The notes under the pieces were generated by a model, which worked only from the letters and a program-made list of their open reading frames with translations, was not told the origin of the DNA and made no database searches. A DNA stretch of 64,000 nucleotides, taken from IMG/VR virus record IMGVR_UViG_3300035698_024626, positions 12,818-76,817 of that record; one strand, given 5' to 3'. This stretch comes from a virus. Below are positions 1-9,922 of the stretch, in pieces (position 1 is the stretch's first letter; every line of letters starts with the position of its first letter). Made by a program: the position numbers and the translations under genes.

Positions 1-248
1 TCTTCGACAGGTTCGTAGGTCGCCCGGAATATATCCGGTCTGCACGGGTAGTGCTCGCCCGCAATTCCTCGGATCACATAATCCCCATCACTCACTAGCA
101 TATTCCCCTCTAGGGTATTCACAAAAAACAGGTCCGCCGAATCGTAGCGTATTTGATACTCTTCGCACAGCGATCGATCATACGTCCACAAGCCGGGCGT
201 GAACACAATAGCCTCAATGACAATAGGTTTTTTCCGGTACTTACTCAT
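1..248 (-). CDS. Conserved phage hypothetical protein (MSKYRKKPIVIEA... family), 3' end outside window
   Basis: Manual translation: MSKYRKKPIVIEAIVF...TLEGNMLVSDGDYVIRGIAGEHYPCRPDIFRATYEPVE. Not in the ORF track because it runs off the window edge. Confidence 0.75.
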   Translation of the reverse strand, partial: MSKYRKKPIVIEAIVFTPGLWTYDRSLCEEYQIRYDSADLFFVNTLEGNMLVSDGDYVIRGIAGEHYPCRPDIFRATYEPVE

Positions 249-507
249 CTGCTCGTCCTCCTACCATAGCAACCATTTCCTGTGGAATAGGAGACACACG
301 AGCGTTCTGATCTTCATTGTCCAAAGCCTCAATATCTTTCATGCAACAATTTTTATACTTTTTCTTACTACCACATAGACATAACCAATTCCTACCCCAT
401 TTTGCTCGTTTACGAGTAATGGGCATAGTCACACCAGCAATACGTCTTTTCAAACTTCGTTGCTCACTGGGTCTATCAACATCTCTAGACAACGGCCTTT
501 TCTCCAT
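241..507 (-). CDS. SEC-C motif (Zn-binding) small protein
   Basis: GRNWLCLCGSKKKYKNCC matches the SEC-C motif; the real start may be ATG 426. Confidence 0.7.
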   Translation of the reverse strand: MEKRPLSRDVDRPSEQRSLKRRIAGVTMPITRKRAKWGRNWLCLCGSKKKYKNCCMKDIEALDNEDQNARVSPIPQEMVAMVGGRADE

Positions 508-1558
508 ACTGAACTCCTCTCTCTACACAACTTAAACGAGTATTCATTTCCCAACAATGTTTAACAGCAATATCGCGCCCCACTATTTCTGTCTTCTTAC
601 AACATTCGATCCATCCCAATGAATGAAAAATAGTAGTCAAACGATTAAAATAAGTGTGCGAGTTTGCCACACGCTCCATCGCACCACGGATTTGTGCAAA
701 TCGAAATTCGGCATCATTAATGGCAGCCAAAGTACGATCAATAAAATTAACAGTCTTCGTCGCTACTGCCACATGTTCCCCAAGATATTCAGCGGCCAAC
801 GCATTATTGACAACTTGATATCCGCCACAAAGGGGTATGGTAAAAAGTCGTTCATTAACAGATGTCCCCATTTGCGATTGCGTTTGCGTATGCACATTGG
901 GGCATACTTTGGCGGTCGCATAAACTTGAGCCAACTTATCTGAAGAAAGCGGGCCGCTGTAGCTCAATCCTGTTTGATTCCACAACTCATTTCCAAAAAT
1001 CTGATACGTGTGACCAAGACAATCAAGTTGCCGAAATAAAGGAATAAGCAACTTTCGAGTGACCACAGGACGATGATCAAGATTAGCCACTATTGCCACA
1101 TCTGTTAGTGGATTACAATTCATAGGCAAAGCCCTGACAATGTTCCCAGCCATGGGCAAATGAGTCAGAGGCAAAACCGCATCGACCCAATCGCCCAAAT
1201 AGATAGACCATACGTCCGGTTGTAAGTGCGTATGCAATATCCCTAATCCAATACGATCCAAAACTGCAATTTCATCTGTATGAGCCCCTCCCTTCGCATC
1301 GAACGGCAAGACACTTACAATCACCGCAATTTTACGGTCGTTAATAACGTCAATCGGCAATTGACGAATACCATAGCGCGAAGAAGACATAATTAATTGG
1401 ACATTATGTTTTTCGATCAATTCGCGGGTGCCCAATTTAGTCTTAGGATCACATACATAAACGATCCAACCCGTTGCTCGTAAAGCATCAACATAGCCCC
1501 TCTGAGACATTCCATAAGTGGCTCCCGGTCTTGGAATATATAGTGCAGTCTTGCTCAT
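485..1558 (-). CDS. Glycosyltransferase (GT-B, CgeB/Glyco_trans_1_2-like)
   Basis: C-terminal YATAKVCPNVH...VNERLFTIPLCGG...HTYFNRL signature; start trimmed to MSKTALY next to the upstream stop. Confidence 0.7.
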   Translation of the reverse strand: MSKTALYIPRPGATYGMSQRGYVDALRATGWIVYVCDPKTKLGTRELIEKHNVQLIMSSSRYGIRQLPIDVINDRKIAVIVSVLPFDAKGGAHTDEIAVLDRIGLGILHTHLQPDVWSIYLGDWVDAVLPLTHLPMAGNIVRALPMNCNPLTDVAIVANLDHRPVVTRKLLIPLFRQLDCLGHTYQIFGNELWNQTGLSYSGPLSSDKLAQVYATAKVCPNVHTQTQSQMGTSVNERLFTIPLCGGYQVVNNALAAEYLGEHVAVATKTVNFIDRTLAAINDAEFRFAQIRGAMERVANSHTYFNRLTTIFHSLGWIECCKKTEIVGRDIAVKHCWEMNTRLSCVERGVQYGEKAVV

Positions 1559-1559
1559 T

Positions 1560-2456
1560 TTAATCATCTCCAAAATCGGTTTCTTCATCAACCAAAATCG
1601 GTTCAATGCTCCCGTTCGGAAATTCTTGCGGTTGACGGAAAACTTTCTTAACATCATTGGCGGCAAGTTTAGTTAGTTGAGCATATTTCCCCTGACGGTC
1701 TCGCTCGTCCTGTGAATGTTGAAGAGTAGCCACAAGAGAAAAAAAAGTCTCTTTCCCACCCCTAAGTTCATCCAAACGATCCTTACGAGTGGCAGCTAAA
1801 CTGCTGTAAATCTTTTGTCGTTCTTTTACTAGAGCATCATACCTATCATTAACACTCTTAAGATAGCGATATCTATCTTCTAATTGCCGTTGTTGCATAA
1901 TTCTAAATTTGACAACATCTTTATCTTCATCTGCTTGCTTAGGGTTTTGAACAAACCATTCCTGCAAATCTGCTATTTGTTGTTGTAATGATCGAACCAA
2001 AATGAGTTGCCTATCTACCAAAATACGATGCTTAAGGAAATCATCTATCTGAAAGAACTCACTCAGTACGATATCTTCAAATTGACAACACAGGTTACCA
2101 TAATCCTCAATGTATACATCAACTTCATGCGATTCAAATTGTTTGCGAATAGTTTGATAAAGATGTGTCTTCTTGAATTGTCCCCTGAACCATTGAGCTT
2201 TATCGGATTCGTTTAACCCCGGCTGAGGGGTACACAACATGGGAGCATCAGAAATCCCTATCTCGGCTGGTTGACCCGATTTCTTGATAATCCCCAGACC
2301 TCTGCGTCGTTTGCTAATGGTATCGATGTTCCAACGATAATGACATTGATCCAATAGTACTTCCTGGATTCTTTTGTCAGTCCATCCTTGCCGCAAACCA
2401 TCTTCGAATATTTTGATAGCTTGAGGATCATTGGCCAAACGACGGAATTTAGCCAT
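1560..2456 (-). CDS. Hypothetical protein with N-terminal HTH-like region and coiled coil
   Basis: 298 aa ORF overlapping the sigma-like gene; no catalytic motif recognised. Confidence 0.6.
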   Translation of the reverse strand: MAKFRRLANDPQAIKIFEDGLRQGWTDKRIQEVLLDQCHYRWNIDTISKRRRGLGIIKKSGQPAEIGISDAPMLCTPQPGLNESDKAQWFRGQFKKTHLYQTIRKQFESHEVDVYIEDYGNLCCQFEDIVLSEFFQIDDFLKHRILVDRQLILVRSLQQQIADLQEWFVQNPKQADEDKDVVKFRIMQQRQLEDRYRYLKSVNDRYDALVKERQKIYSSLAATRKDRLDELRGGKETFFSLVATLQHSQDERDRQGKYAQLTKLAANDVKKVFRQPQEFPNGSIEPILVDEETDFGDD

Positions 2457-2991
2457 AACTATCCCTTTCTGTCAAAAGACGTGCAACTTCTGTACGGACA
2501 CTATCTATTAAAGCCTTCCTAACTTTATTGCCACTTACTAAATTATCAAAAGCCACCAAGAGTTCACCCGAAAGATTGCTCCGTAAATATTCCAACGTTT
2601 CATTACAAATGGCGCGACCCAAAGGGTCAGCATCAATAGAACTAGACCCAAGAACAACACCCCCAGAATCAGCATTGCCACTATCTAGAGGCAGAGCATT
2701 GATTAGATTAATGCGAACATGCGCATGGCCAGATGTCTCCACGTCTGATCCAGGACGAAAATACTTATCTCGTTTCAAGTTCTTGAGACGATTGGATACG
2801 TGACTCACCAAATAATTTTCAAGTGGACCTATGGATGGATCGTATCTCTCGACAGCATCGAGACACATCAACCAAACTTCTTGCGAAACGTCATCACCAG
2901 TGTAATACGCAAAAGCCCCATTTTTCCTTCGAATAGTGGCTATGCGTTGGATAATCGGATATGCTTCATCCAGCAGAGTTTGACTCACCAT
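2449..2991 (-). CDS. Phage RNA polymerase sigma factor-like protein (sigma70 region 2)
   Basis: DDVSQEVWLMCLDAVERYDPSIGPLENYLVSHVSNRLKNLKRD resembles region 2.2-2.4. Confidence 0.75.
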   Translation of the reverse strand: MVSQTLLDEAYPIIQRIATIRRKNGAFAYYTGDDVSQEVWLMCLDAVERYDPSIGPLENYLVSHVSNRLKNLKRDKYFRPGSDVETSGHAHVRINLINALPLDSGNADSGGVVLGSSSIDADPLGRAICNETLEYLRSNLSGELLVAFDNLVSGNKVRKALIDSVRTEVARLLTERDSYG

Positions 2992-3160
2992 CGCTTTGGT
3001 CCTCTAACGCTCGCTTAACAATACCTTCTCCGACTACAGGATCGGGATCGTCCCTGTCAAGGTCATCATCTACCTGAGCCTCTATCTTGTCAGTCCCCTT
3101 AGCCGTCAAATTCACCATTACTCGTGTTGCTTCTAATTCACTCATTTTATCATCACCCAT
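2966..3160 (-). CDS. Small acidic hypothetical protein
   Basis: 64 aa ORF upstream of the sigma gene, preceded by GTGTATAA. Confidence 0.5.
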   Translation of the reverse strand: MGDDKMSELEATRVMVNLTAKGTDKIEAQVDDDLDRDDPDPVVGEGIVKRALEDQSDGESNSAG

Positions 3161-3292
3161 TTTTTATACACCGTCCGATAAAATCTCCCCCTATAGTACT
3201 ATACAGAGCCTTTTGGTCAAAAGCGCTCCATCTTTTTATTTTTTCCAAACAAAAGTGGCTCCTATACGTATAACCCTTTGTGATATCTAAGT

Positions 3293-3400
3293 TTATGGGG
3301 AAGTGGTCTTTTCAGCAGGGGATGTTACTATGGTAGTGCTGGAACTGTGAGTTCTGCTACTATCCAGAAATACATAGAAAACCAGAAACACAATGACTAA
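3293..3400 (+). pseudogene. tnpA: C-terminal remnant of IS200-type Y1 transposase
   Basis: Translates LWGSGLFSRGCYYGSAGTVSSATIQKYIENQKHND*, the TnpA C-terminal helix with the catalytic Tyr (YIENQ). No start or HUH motif upstream. Confidence 0.8.
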
Positions 3401-4571
3401 CACCAAAGCATTCAAATACAGATTGTATCCAACCAAGAAACAAGAACAAGGTCTACAACAGACTTTGACCACTTGTAGGTTCTTGTATAACAATGCTTTG
3501 GCTCAACGAATTGACACCTACAAAAATACTCAAGAATCAGTCACTTATTGTGACCAAGCAAATACACTTGTAAAACAAAAGAACGACTACCAAAAACAAG
3601 TCCACTCACAAGTGCTACAAGAATCACTCAAACGTCTTGACACTTCCTTTGGGAACTTCTTTCGTAGAATCAAACAACAGAAGGCAGGAAAGAAAGTCAA
3701 AGCAGGTTTCCCACGTTTCAAGCCAGACCAGCGTTACAATTCGTTCTGTTACCCACAATCAGGTTTTAGATTAACCAACGATAGTAGGAGAATTACACTC
3801 AGTAAGATTGGTGATGTAAGACTCAAATATTCAAGACCAACAGAAGGTAAGATTAAAACTTGTAGAATTGTTCGTGATGTAGACCAATGGTTTGTGGTTC
3901 TAACTTGTGAGCAAGAAGTTTCTGAGCCACTCAAATCTACTAATCCTACAGTCGGTGTTGATGTGGGTATTAAGACCTTTGCTTTTCTTTCAGATGGAAC
4001 GCAGTTTGAGAACCCACGTCATACACGGAACTCAGAAGTTAAGTTAGCACAAACACAACGTAGATTGTCACAGAAAGTAAAAGGCAGTCAGAACAGAAAC
4101 AAACAACGACTTGAAGTTGGGAAGGTACATCGTAAAACACGTAGACAACGTGAGGATTTCTTACATAAGTTAAGTAGGGAGTTAGTAGACAATTACGGTT
4201 GTCTTGTGTTTGAGCAGTTAAACATTAAAGGAATGGTTCGTAATCACAAGTTAGCTAAGCATATAAGTGATTGTGCTTGGAGAAAACTAATTGAGTATAC
4301 TACATACAAAGCGGAGGAAGCTGGTGTGGAAGTTAGATTAGTTAATCCCAAGAATACAACTCAGATGTGTTCAAGTTGTGGTAAGATTGTTCCAAAGACT
4401 TTAGCAGACAGAACTCATGATTGTTCTCACTGTGGCTTAGTGATGGACAGGGATTTGAATGCTGCTAAGAATATATTAAGTAGGGTAGGGACTACCCAAA
4501 GTTACGCCTATGGAGATTTAACCGCTACTCAAGGACATTGTGTTCTTGAGCAAGTTGAGTCTGTGAAGTAG
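3393..4571 (+). CDS. tnpB: TnpB RNA-guided endonuclease (IS200/IS605 family)
   Basis: AFKYRLYPT N-terminus; RuvC residues GVDVG, FEQL and DRDLNAA intact; CSSCG/CSHCG Zn finger. Confidence 0.95.
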   Translation: MTNTKAFKYRLYPTKKQEQGLQQTLTTCRFLYNNALAQRIDTYKNTQESVTYCDQANTLVKQKNDYQKQVHSQVLQESLKRLDTSFGNFFRRIKQQKAGKKVKAGFPRFKPDQRYNSFCYPQSGFRLTNDSRRITLSKIGDVRLKYSRPTEGKIKTCRIVRDVDQWFVVLTCEQEVSEPLKSTNPTVGVDVGIKTFAFLSDGTQFENPRHTRNSEVKLAQTQRRLSQKVKGSQNRNKQRLEVGKVHRKTRRQREDFLHKLSRELVDNYGCLVFEQLNIKGMVRNHKLAKHISDCAWRKLIEYTTYKAEEAGVEVRLVNPKNTTQMCSSCGKIVPKTLADRTHDCSHCGLVMDRDLNAAKNILSRVGTTQSYAYGDLTATQGHCVLEQVESVK

Positions 4572-4660
4572 GAATCCCCTCCCCTTGTGGGAGGGGTAGT
4601 TCAAGATAAAAGATACCTTATTATTAAGAGACAAGACAAACCAACGGATGAGAGGCAAAT

Positions 4661-5365
4661 GTGATCAAGCTAATCCACAAAAAAATCGAAGATATTTATA
4701 AATCGGAAATTGGAGATGTCAATTTAATTATTGCAGATATCCCTGATTGTCTAAATCAAAAATATCCCGATTACATAGACAAAATGACCCACGGAGAATA
4801 TACACATAAATTGCATTGCTGGTTAAATAAGATGGTAACACTAACAGATGGTCCTATATTCCTTCTATTCAACGAACGCTGGACAAAAGAGATTGAAGAT
4901 GCTATTAGCAATACCAATATTCAACTAATCCAACGATTGTTATGGCAATACAATTTTGGAATGGATCAATCTCGTCATAATAGATATAGTTTATGTTATA
5001 GACCAATATATTGGTTGAATAATCCCTATATGCAACCAGAAAATATTAAAATACCAAGTGATAGACAATTGAAATACGGCGATTCAAGAGCGGCAATGAA
5101 AGGTAAAATCCCACAAAATGTTTGGAGTTTCCCTAGGATTTGCGGAACTTTCAAAGAACGCAAAAAATGGTTCCCAAACCAAATTAATCAAAAAGTAATT
5201 GAACGTATTATTTCAGGACATTGCCCTGAGAACGGAACAATTTTAGACCCTTTTATTGGAAGTGGAACCTCAGTTTTTGCCGCAATTGCAACAAATAGAA
5301 ACGCCATTGGCTCAGATATAAGCAAAACATGCATTGAAAAAATTAGAAAAAGTTTAAAGTTATGA
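4661..5365 (+). CDS. DNA N6-adenine/N4-cytosine methyltransferase (beta class)
   Basis: ILDPFIGSGTS SAM-binding motif in the C-terminal part; motif IV reads ADIPD instead of DPPY. Confidence 0.8.
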   Translation: MIKLIHKKIEDIYKSEIGDVNLIIADIPDCLNQKYPDYIDKMTHGEYTHKLHCWLNKMVTLTDGPIFLLFNERWTKEIEDAISNTNIQLIQRLLWQYNFGMDQSRHNRYSLCYRPIYWLNNPYMQPENIKIPSDRQLKYGDSRAAMKGKIPQNVWSFPRICGTFKERKKWFPNQINQKVIERIISGHCPENGTILDPFIGSGTSVFAAIATNRNAIGSDISKTCIEKIRKSLKL

Positions 5366-5522
5366 CCAAACAATGTAAACAATGCAACAACCCCTTCCAA
5401 TACAGACGAAACCGAACTTTCTGTTCTCGCCAATGCTATATAAAATATCAAAATAAAATAAAGAAAATCCCGAACATTATATATTTTGCTGGTACTACTC
5501 CAATACAAGGAAACTAACGGAA

Positions 5523-5867
5523 ATGAATAAAAATAAGGTGGAGACAATACTTAGTGACTGGATAATAGCCATAGAATCGGGACGATCCGGGTCTTTACAT
5601 AAAATAAAGAGGCTACCAGATGGTTCACATGGACGAATTAAACGAACAAGCGGCAATCCAATTGTTTTTGATGCCAAATATCATAAAAACATGGGAATAT
5701 TAAGGAGTCAGCTATGCGCAGAACTTCCCCATCTAGCTGATGTCATTCGCAGTGATCCTGATTTATTTAATGGTTTTGCTTGGACAAGAGGTGATTACGT
5801 TGAACTGTATTTCTCACATTACGAAATGGTTATTGCCAAAATCCGACGCGCACTGCCTAGTACCTAA
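5523..5867 (+). CDS. Hypothetical protein
   Basis: 114 aa ORF with upstream AAGGA. Confidence 0.55.
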   Translation: MNKNKVETILSDWIIAIESGRSGSLHKIKRLPDGSHGRIKRTSGNPIVFDAKYHKNMGILRSQLCAELPHLADVIRSDPDLFNGFAWTRGDYVELYFSHYEMVIAKIRRALPST

Positions 5868-6144
5868 TCGTATTGGCTGCGACATTTGTGGCAAATACCG
5901 AGAAAACGTTAAAATAATTCTGTCCGGTATCTGCATCTGCGATCAGTGTGTGGAAAAGATTCTCATATGGTATGTCTATACTTTTCCTATTAAATCCCTG
6001 TGTCCCCATTGCCTTAACAAAAAAAGCAATAAACAATGTAGATACTGCAATTTAAACCTACTTCTCGCGAATGCAATGAAAACTATACCTAGCGATGATT
6101 GATTTGGTTGGACAACGATTTGGGCGACTTAACAAGGAGAAACA

Positions 6145-6864
6145 ATGAGCAATTATGCGAAAGATGATATCGACAGGTGGTTCGAGTTCAGCTACTTACC
6201 CTCTAAAAGAACAATCTACGTTGGCTCTCGGGATTCTGAAACACAAAGTGGAGAAGGTGAATCTGGAACTGACTGCAAAATGAGCGAATTTTTCCTTAAG
6301 GCAATGCTCCACCTTACCAATGTGTCGTCCAAGCCTATTTTTGTTCACATGAACAACATAGGTGGAGATTACCAGCACGGAATGGCGATATACGATGCCA
6401 TCAGATTATCCCCAGCACATGTTTATGGAATTGCCTGGAGTTACGCGACGAGCATGGGCTCCATTATCCTACAAGCTTTTGATACTAGAATAATTACACC
6501 AAATTGTATTTTCATGCTACACGATGGAACCGAAGAATTAAGCGGTACTTGCAAAACTGTCGAAGCGTGGGCTAAAAATACAACAAAAACACGACAACTA
6601 ATGTACAAAATTTATTACAGTAGAATGAAAGCGTCAAAGCCTCGCATTACAATAAAGAAAATTGAAGAATTATGTTCCCACGATACAATTTTCAATGCCG
6701 AAGAGGCGGTAGCTAGTGGCCTTGCTGACTGGATCATGGAGGGGATAAATGATCAATATAGATTTTTCGCAACAGATACACAAGACGCCAAATGGACCTC
6801 TGGAATGACAAGCGATAAGCGTGAGATAGAAGGTGAGCACGAAGCAGAAGAAAATGGTGACTAA
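6145..6864 (+). CDS. clpP: ClpP-like serine protease
   Basis: GMAIYDAI, ATSMGSIILQA (Ser), FMLHDG (His), DTIFNAEEAVASGLAD (Asp); RBS AAGGAG. Confidence 0.88.
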   Translation: MSNYAKDDIDRWFEFSYLPSKRTIYVGSRDSETQSGEGESGTDCKMSEFFLKAMLHLTNVSSKPIFVHMNNIGGDYQHGMAIYDAIRLSPAHVYGIAWSYATSMGSIILQAFDTRIITPNCIFMLHDGTEELSGTCKTVEAWAKNTTKTRQLMYKIYYSRMKASKPRITIKKIEELCSHDTIFNAEEAVASGLADWIMEGINDQYRFFATDTQDAKWTSGMTSDKREIEGEHEAEENGD

Positions 6865-6866
6865 TA

Positions 6867-7439
6867 ATGAATCTGAATGTTTTCCAAAAACAAGCTAGAA
6901 GGACGGCAGTATACCCCAATGTCGGCAATAACATGTTGTACCCTGTTCTTGGATTACTGGGGGAATGTGGAGAAATATGCGAAAAAGTAAAAAAACTAGA
7001 ACGCGACGACAATGGAATAATGACTGATCAACGTCGAGAAGCAATCGCAAAAGAGCTAGGTGATGCAATGTGGTATATTTCCAGCATTTGTTCGGAAATT
7101 GGCGCAGAATTGGATATGGTCTACGCAATGCGGGGTTTCAGGGCCGCCAATCATACCGGAGGTTTCGATCTATCAAGGGTCACACTCCACCTAATGTTTT
7201 GCGCAACAGAAGTGGCCAAAGCCATCGAATCGTGGTACTACCATCATAACAGTGCAATTCATCAGCACCCCTATTATATGGACACCACATCCCAAATGTC
7301 ATATGTTATACATTGCATAACGGAAATCGCTCGTCAAGTTTGCAATATGTCTATTGAAGAAATATGTGCAGCTAATATGAAAAAGTTGTTAGATCGTAAA
7401 AGTCGCGGAACTCTATTAGGAGAAGGCGATAATCGCTAG
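6867..7439 (+). CDS. MazG-like NTP pyrophosphohydrolase
   Basis: LGLLGECGEICEKVKK...KELGDAMWY...NMKKLLDRKSRGTLLGEGDNR. Confidence 0.85.
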   Translation: MNLNVFQKQARRTAVYPNVGNNMLYPVLGLLGECGEICEKVKKLERDDNGIMTDQRREAIAKELGDAMWYISSICSEIGAELDMVYAMRGFRAANHTGGFDLSRVTLHLMFCATEVAKAIESWYYHHNSAIHQHPYYMDTTSQMSYVIHCITEIARQVCNMSIEEICAANMKKLLDRKSRGTLLGEGDNR

Positions 7440-7501
7440 AGTAAATGGTGTATAATAACTATGATAAAAGTCCTATTCTATAAAAAGAAGGGATACAATC
7501 A

Positions 7502-7924
7502 ATGATTGATGTTGCTTGGATAGTTATTCGAAAACAAAGCCGTTTCCTATTAGCACAACGCTCCCCTAACGACAAGGCGGGTGGAGCCTGGGTGTTCCCA
7601 GGTGGCAAAAAGGATTCAATAGATAATAATTTGATCCAAACTGCTCGCAGAGAACTATTAGAAGAAGTGGGGCTAAAAGGTAGTGACTTCCACCAATTGT
7701 TGCAAATATCCCAAAATAAGTATCGCATTTGGATTTTTGCGTGTCTCAAGTGGATCGGTCAACCACAACCTAATTGCAACGATATTGTCGGCATAGGATG
7801 GTTTACGTTACAAGAAATGTACGCAATGAAAGAGAACTTAGCTCCGTATGTCAATACCATGCTGCCTGAACTTGCATATTGCGCACAACACTACAAAGCC
7901 CATCCAGAAGAATGGAAGTGGTAG
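7502..7924 (+). CDS. Nudix hydrolase (MutT-like)
   Basis: WVFPGGK...ARRELLEEVGL Nudix box. Confidence 0.88.
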   Translation: MIDVAWIVIRKQSRFLLAQRSPNDKAGGAWVFPGGKKDSIDNNLIQTARRELLEEVGLKGSDFHQLLQISQNKYRIWIFACLKWIGQPQPNCNDIVGIGWFTLQEMYAMKENLAPYVNTMLPELAYCAQHYKAHPEEWKW

Positions 7925-7946
7925 CAAGAGAAAGCTGGTGGATTCT

Positions 7947-8207
7947 ATGGCAAAAATTATAAAACCGGTTTTAGCAGAAAAATTTGAAAATCTATTGTGG
8001 GCGAACACCCCCGTCGATTGGATTGTTAAAGGACTTTTCATAAACGGCGCTCTTCATATCATAGTTATTCTCCCACAACACAACTCTTATAGAATGCGAA
8101 GAAAATTCCCCATAGACGTACTCGAAGCAAGAAAAGACGATTTACAAGGGCTAGCTCAAGATTGCGTACATGAGATGCGATCTGAAACCGATAAAATTCC
8201 GCAATAA
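7947..8207 (+). CDS. Hypothetical protein
   Basis: Co-oriented ORF (MAKIIKPV...) between the Nudix gene and the next gene. Confidence 0.5.
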   Translation: MAKIIKPVLAEKFENLLWANTPVDWIVKGLFINGALHIIVILPQHNSYRMRRKFPIDVLEARKDDLQGLAQDCVHEMRSETDKIPQ

Positions 8208-8574
8208 GGAAAATAACGTGCATATTTCACAGAATAATCGCAAGCCCATATTGGAGTTCTTACTACATAGATGGCAACTCTTAACATCACTTTCGGCAGC
8301 AGAAATAGTATGGTATGCAGAAAAAACTTGCGATCCAAAAGATGGTGACCTTATACAACTAATACCCATCGTCATTTCCGCCCAGCCTACAAAACAGATT
8401 ATGATAATTAAACGACACATCATCTCCATATTGCCAGAAGCAAGGTTCATAGACTACAATTACGAGACTCCCTGCGAACTTATTCCCAAAGATTTTATAG
8501 AACTTTATGCCAACGAACAAACACAGTGCATTAGCAAAGTACGGGAACTCATAAAGAAGCTCAAAGTTCAATGA
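8170..8574 (+). CDS. Hypothetical protein
   Basis: Stop overlaps the next ATG (ATGA coupling). Confidence 0.5.
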   Translation: MRCDLKPIKFRNKENNVHISQNNRKPILEFLLHRWQLLTSLSAAEIVWYAEKTCDPKDGDLIQLIPIVISAQPTKQIMIIKRHIISILPEARFIDYNYETPCELIPKDFIELYANEQTQCISKVRELIKKLKVQ

Positions 8575-9482
8575 AACAAGAACGCGCCCTAGAACGTTGT
8601 TTACAGAACCCAGATTATCTCGTCGTCGCCGGGTCTAAGCTATATGGCACCGCCACTCCAAAAAGTGACCACGACCTTAGAGGATTCGTGGTGCCCCCTT
8701 TCGAGTACACGACAGGTCTCAGTAGATTCGACCAACAAGTCATTCGAGAACCAGACACGGTAATCTATTCCATCAAACGAACATTCGAATTGTTGATTAG
8801 GGGAGACCCACTCATCTATGAGATTCTGTGCGCACCAGAACCAAATATTATTGAACAGAGCGACATTGGTAGGGTTTTACGCCGAAATCGCGAACTGTTC
8901 GCTTGCAAAAAATTCGCTCGCCGTATCAGCGGATACGCTCAATCAGAATGGCGCAAAGTTACTGGCACCCAATTGGTCCCAATCAAAAGAACACCAAACG
9001 AAGATGAAGTGATTGAAAATATCCGCCAAATATTCCGTCCACAGAAAGGAGAAATGGATGAAATTATTCGTCTTCTACTCTTACGATACCCCAGAGAGAC
9101 AAGACCTGCCCGACGCAAACTAGGGGCGAAAAGGAAACTCCAGATAGAGAGATATGGATATTGTACCTCCAGCGCATCACACACTATTCGGCTTTTGGGC
9201 CAACTCAAAGAATTGATGGAGACTGGCAATCTTACTTTTCCTAGACCTGATGCCAAACTCCTGCTAGCAATCAAACAAGGAACCGTGAAGCTCGCACAGG
9301 TAACGGAAATCTATAACGAATCACTACACGAAGCTAAACAAGCAGAAGGAAACTCCACGCTTCCTGGTCGTGCGCCAATCAAAAAGATAAGGGATATCTT
9401 CCACGAAATTATTGCAGCAGCATTGATCCAAGACAAACGGGCTACGACCTACGCCCAGGCTTATCGAAAGAAGTGGGAGTGA
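8571..9482 (+). CDS. Pol-beta superfamily nucleotidyltransferase (RlaP/YcgL-like)
   Basis: GSKLYGTATPKSDHDLRG (GS..DxD) and C-terminal ASHTIRLL...LLAIKQG. Confidence 0.82.
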   Translation: MKQERALERCLQNPDYLVVAGSKLYGTATPKSDHDLRGFVVPPFEYTTGLSRFDQQVIREPDTVIYSIKRTFELLIRGDPLIYEILCAPEPNIIEQSDIGRVLRRNRELFACKKFARRISGYAQSEWRKVTGTQLVPIKRTPNEDEVIENIRQIFRPQKGEMDEIIRLLLLRYPRETRPARRKLGAKRKLQIERYGYCTSSASHTIRLLGQLKELMETGNLTFPRPDAKLLLAIKQGTVKLAQVTEIYNESLHEAKQAEGNSTLPGRAPIKKIRDIFHEIIAAALIQDKRATTYAQAYRKKWE

Positions 9483-9922
9483 TGGGGAAAACTATACCTG
9501 TTGAATGTGCTGTTTGCGGCACAACTTTTGACAAGCCACTCAAACGATTCAATCAAACGATCAAGCTGGGTAAGCAACACACATGCTCTCGCACGTGCGC
9601 CTCTAAACTCACAAATGAACAGCGTAGATGCGAACCAATTACTTCGAGTGCGAAGAACACCCGTAAGGACAAGGAGAAATATCCTGAGAAAAACAAGGCT
9701 CGCGAATTGGTGCGTCGAGCATTAAAAACTGGCAAGCTCATACCACCAGAAGAATGTGAGTATTGTTTCAGGGACGACAAATCGTTGGAGGCTCACCATC
9801 CAGATCATTTAAGACCATTTTTGATTTCGTTTTTTTGCAAAGAATGTCATGCGCTCGCAGACAGCGATTCGGATAAATGGGAAGATTTGGCAACCGATTA
9901 CTCTAGCCAGATCAAATCATAA
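9482..9922 (+). CDS. Zn-finger / HNH-like protein
   Basis: CAVC...CSRTC N-terminal finger; CEYC...EAHHPDH...CKECH. Confidence 0.65.
   Translation: MGKTIPVECAVCGTTFDKPLKRFNQTIKLGKQHTCSRTCASKLTNEQRRCEPITSSAKNTRKDKEKYPEKNKARELVRRALKTGKLIPPEECEYCFRDDKSLEAHHPDHLRPFLISFFCKECHALADSDSDKWEDLATDYSSQIKS

Larger units (their letters stand above)
3293..4604 (+). mobile_element. Truncated IS605-group element (tnpA remnant + tnpB + right end)
   Basis: Right-end hairpin CCCCTCCC-cttgt-GGGAGGGG then TAGTTCAA ending at 4604; no left end recognised. Confidence 0.8.
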
